64,000 bases of DNA from Anaerolineae bacterium. Its GTDB lineage: Bacteria; Chloroflexota; Anaerolineae; DTLA01. The stretch lies in NCBI GenBank assembly GCA_029907165.1, contig JARYMK010000001.1, forward strand, positions 6,661 to 70,660, given 5' to 3'. Made by a program: the position numbers and the translations under genes. The notes under the pieces are model-generated. The model was not told the origin of the DNA. It worked only from the letters and a program-made list of their open reading frames with translations, and ran no database searches. This document shows, piece after piece, positions 61,810 through 64,000 of the stretch (position 1 is its first letter; each line of letters begins with the position of its first letter).

Positions 61810-62095
61810 CCCCTGAGACCCCTAAAGAAAAAAGCCTCTACACGCAATGGTGTAGAGGCTATCAGTCCGAACCGACGTGCTGGGCCTACGGCCCCGGCGA
61901 GCCTCATCGCCACGAATACTATATCACGGTCGGGCGCATGTGTCAACCCACGCACGACGGATTACTGAGGCACGGAGTGCCGAAGAATCTCGCCAACCGA
62001 GATGCTTCGATCAGCATGACGGACAAGGCCTGGGATTGCCTCGGGCACTCCGTACCCTCGCGATGACAACGGATAATCCTCTCTGTGGTCAAGCG

Positions 62096-63730
<1,635 letters not shown>

Positions 63731-63815
63731 CTACGCACAAAGAGCGGGGAGCCCAACCCGATCGGTCGGGACTCCCCACCCGTATTCACTCCGAGAACAG
63801 AAAGGGCGCTTGGCT

Positions 63816-64000
63816 ACAGCAGTTTGGCTAGGTCTTCCGCGGCGCGGCGCATGTCCAGGAAGATGAGTCCCAGTTTGGCGTCCTTGCGCGCCAACACAGT
63901 GAGCACGGCGTCCTCGCCGACTGCCGACAGGAAGACGTAGCCCTGCGCGCCGCGAATGTAAACCTGCTCCAGCAAGCCCCGACCCAACTCGCTTGCGATT
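63816..64000 (-). CDS. Roadblock/LC7-domain protein (MglB-like), C-terminal part only. The 5' end lies outside the window.
   Basis: The reverse-strand translation …GAQGYVFLSAVGEDAVLTVLARKDAKLGLIFLDMRRAAEDLAKLL* fits the Roadblock/LC7 C-terminal pattern. The stop is at 63816-63818. Confidence 0.45.

Overview
This is a high-GC, gene-dense bacterial chromosomal segment with clear operon structure. I found no rRNA, tRNA, CRISPR arrays or obvious mobile elements. Codon usage and domain architectures suggest a Chloroflexota-like or Deinococcus–Thermus/Actinobacteria-like organism, but the phylum cannot be fixed from sequence alone.

What the window contains, in order:
- A cytoplasmic NAD(P)-linked [NiFe] hydrogenase (GltD-like subunit, HoxU/NuoG-like subunit, HoxY, HoxH), followed by the maturation protease and hypA, hypB, hypF, hypD, hypE. 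No hypC is visible.
- Immediately after a consensus promoter, an NAD-dependent formate dehydrogenase operon (NuoE-like, NuoF-like, FdhA). The FdhA catalytic subunit carries an in-frame TGA selenocysteine codon with a downstream SECIS hairpin.
- proC preceded by an orphan promoter/terminator leader, dut, a CPBP protease, a lipoprotein, a tandem DUF881 pair, and a ~1950-aa alpha-2-macroglobulin-like lipoprotein.
- A minus-strand block with GNAT, CoaX, GH36 alpha-galactosidase, Pcm and an SGNH hydrolase.
- A minus-strand heat-shock-type operon: HtrA, HspR, a diverged eRF1/Pelota-like protein carrying GGW in place of GGQ, ClpB and RtcA, with RNase Z immediately downstream.
- An atypical heme-copper-oxidase superfamily pair. 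Subunit II has no CuA ligands. Subunit I lacks the helix-VI CuB histidine and the cross-linked tyrosine. A 34-aa membrane peptide and a hemerythrin are adjacent.
- An acd–etfB–(ferredoxin-fused)etfA–korA–korB redox cluster.
- A five-gene minus-strand cluster of uncharacterized proteins, including two paralogous proteins built from repeated CxxC…CxxH modules.

Other signals: several near-perfect sigma-70 promoters, intrinsic terminators, a REP-like palindrome, and a recurring 3'-UTR motif (CTGAACCACAGAG in mRNA sense) just after the stop codons of four minus-strand genes.

All calls rest on reading the translated ORFs and the nucleotide sequence directly. No database searches were run.
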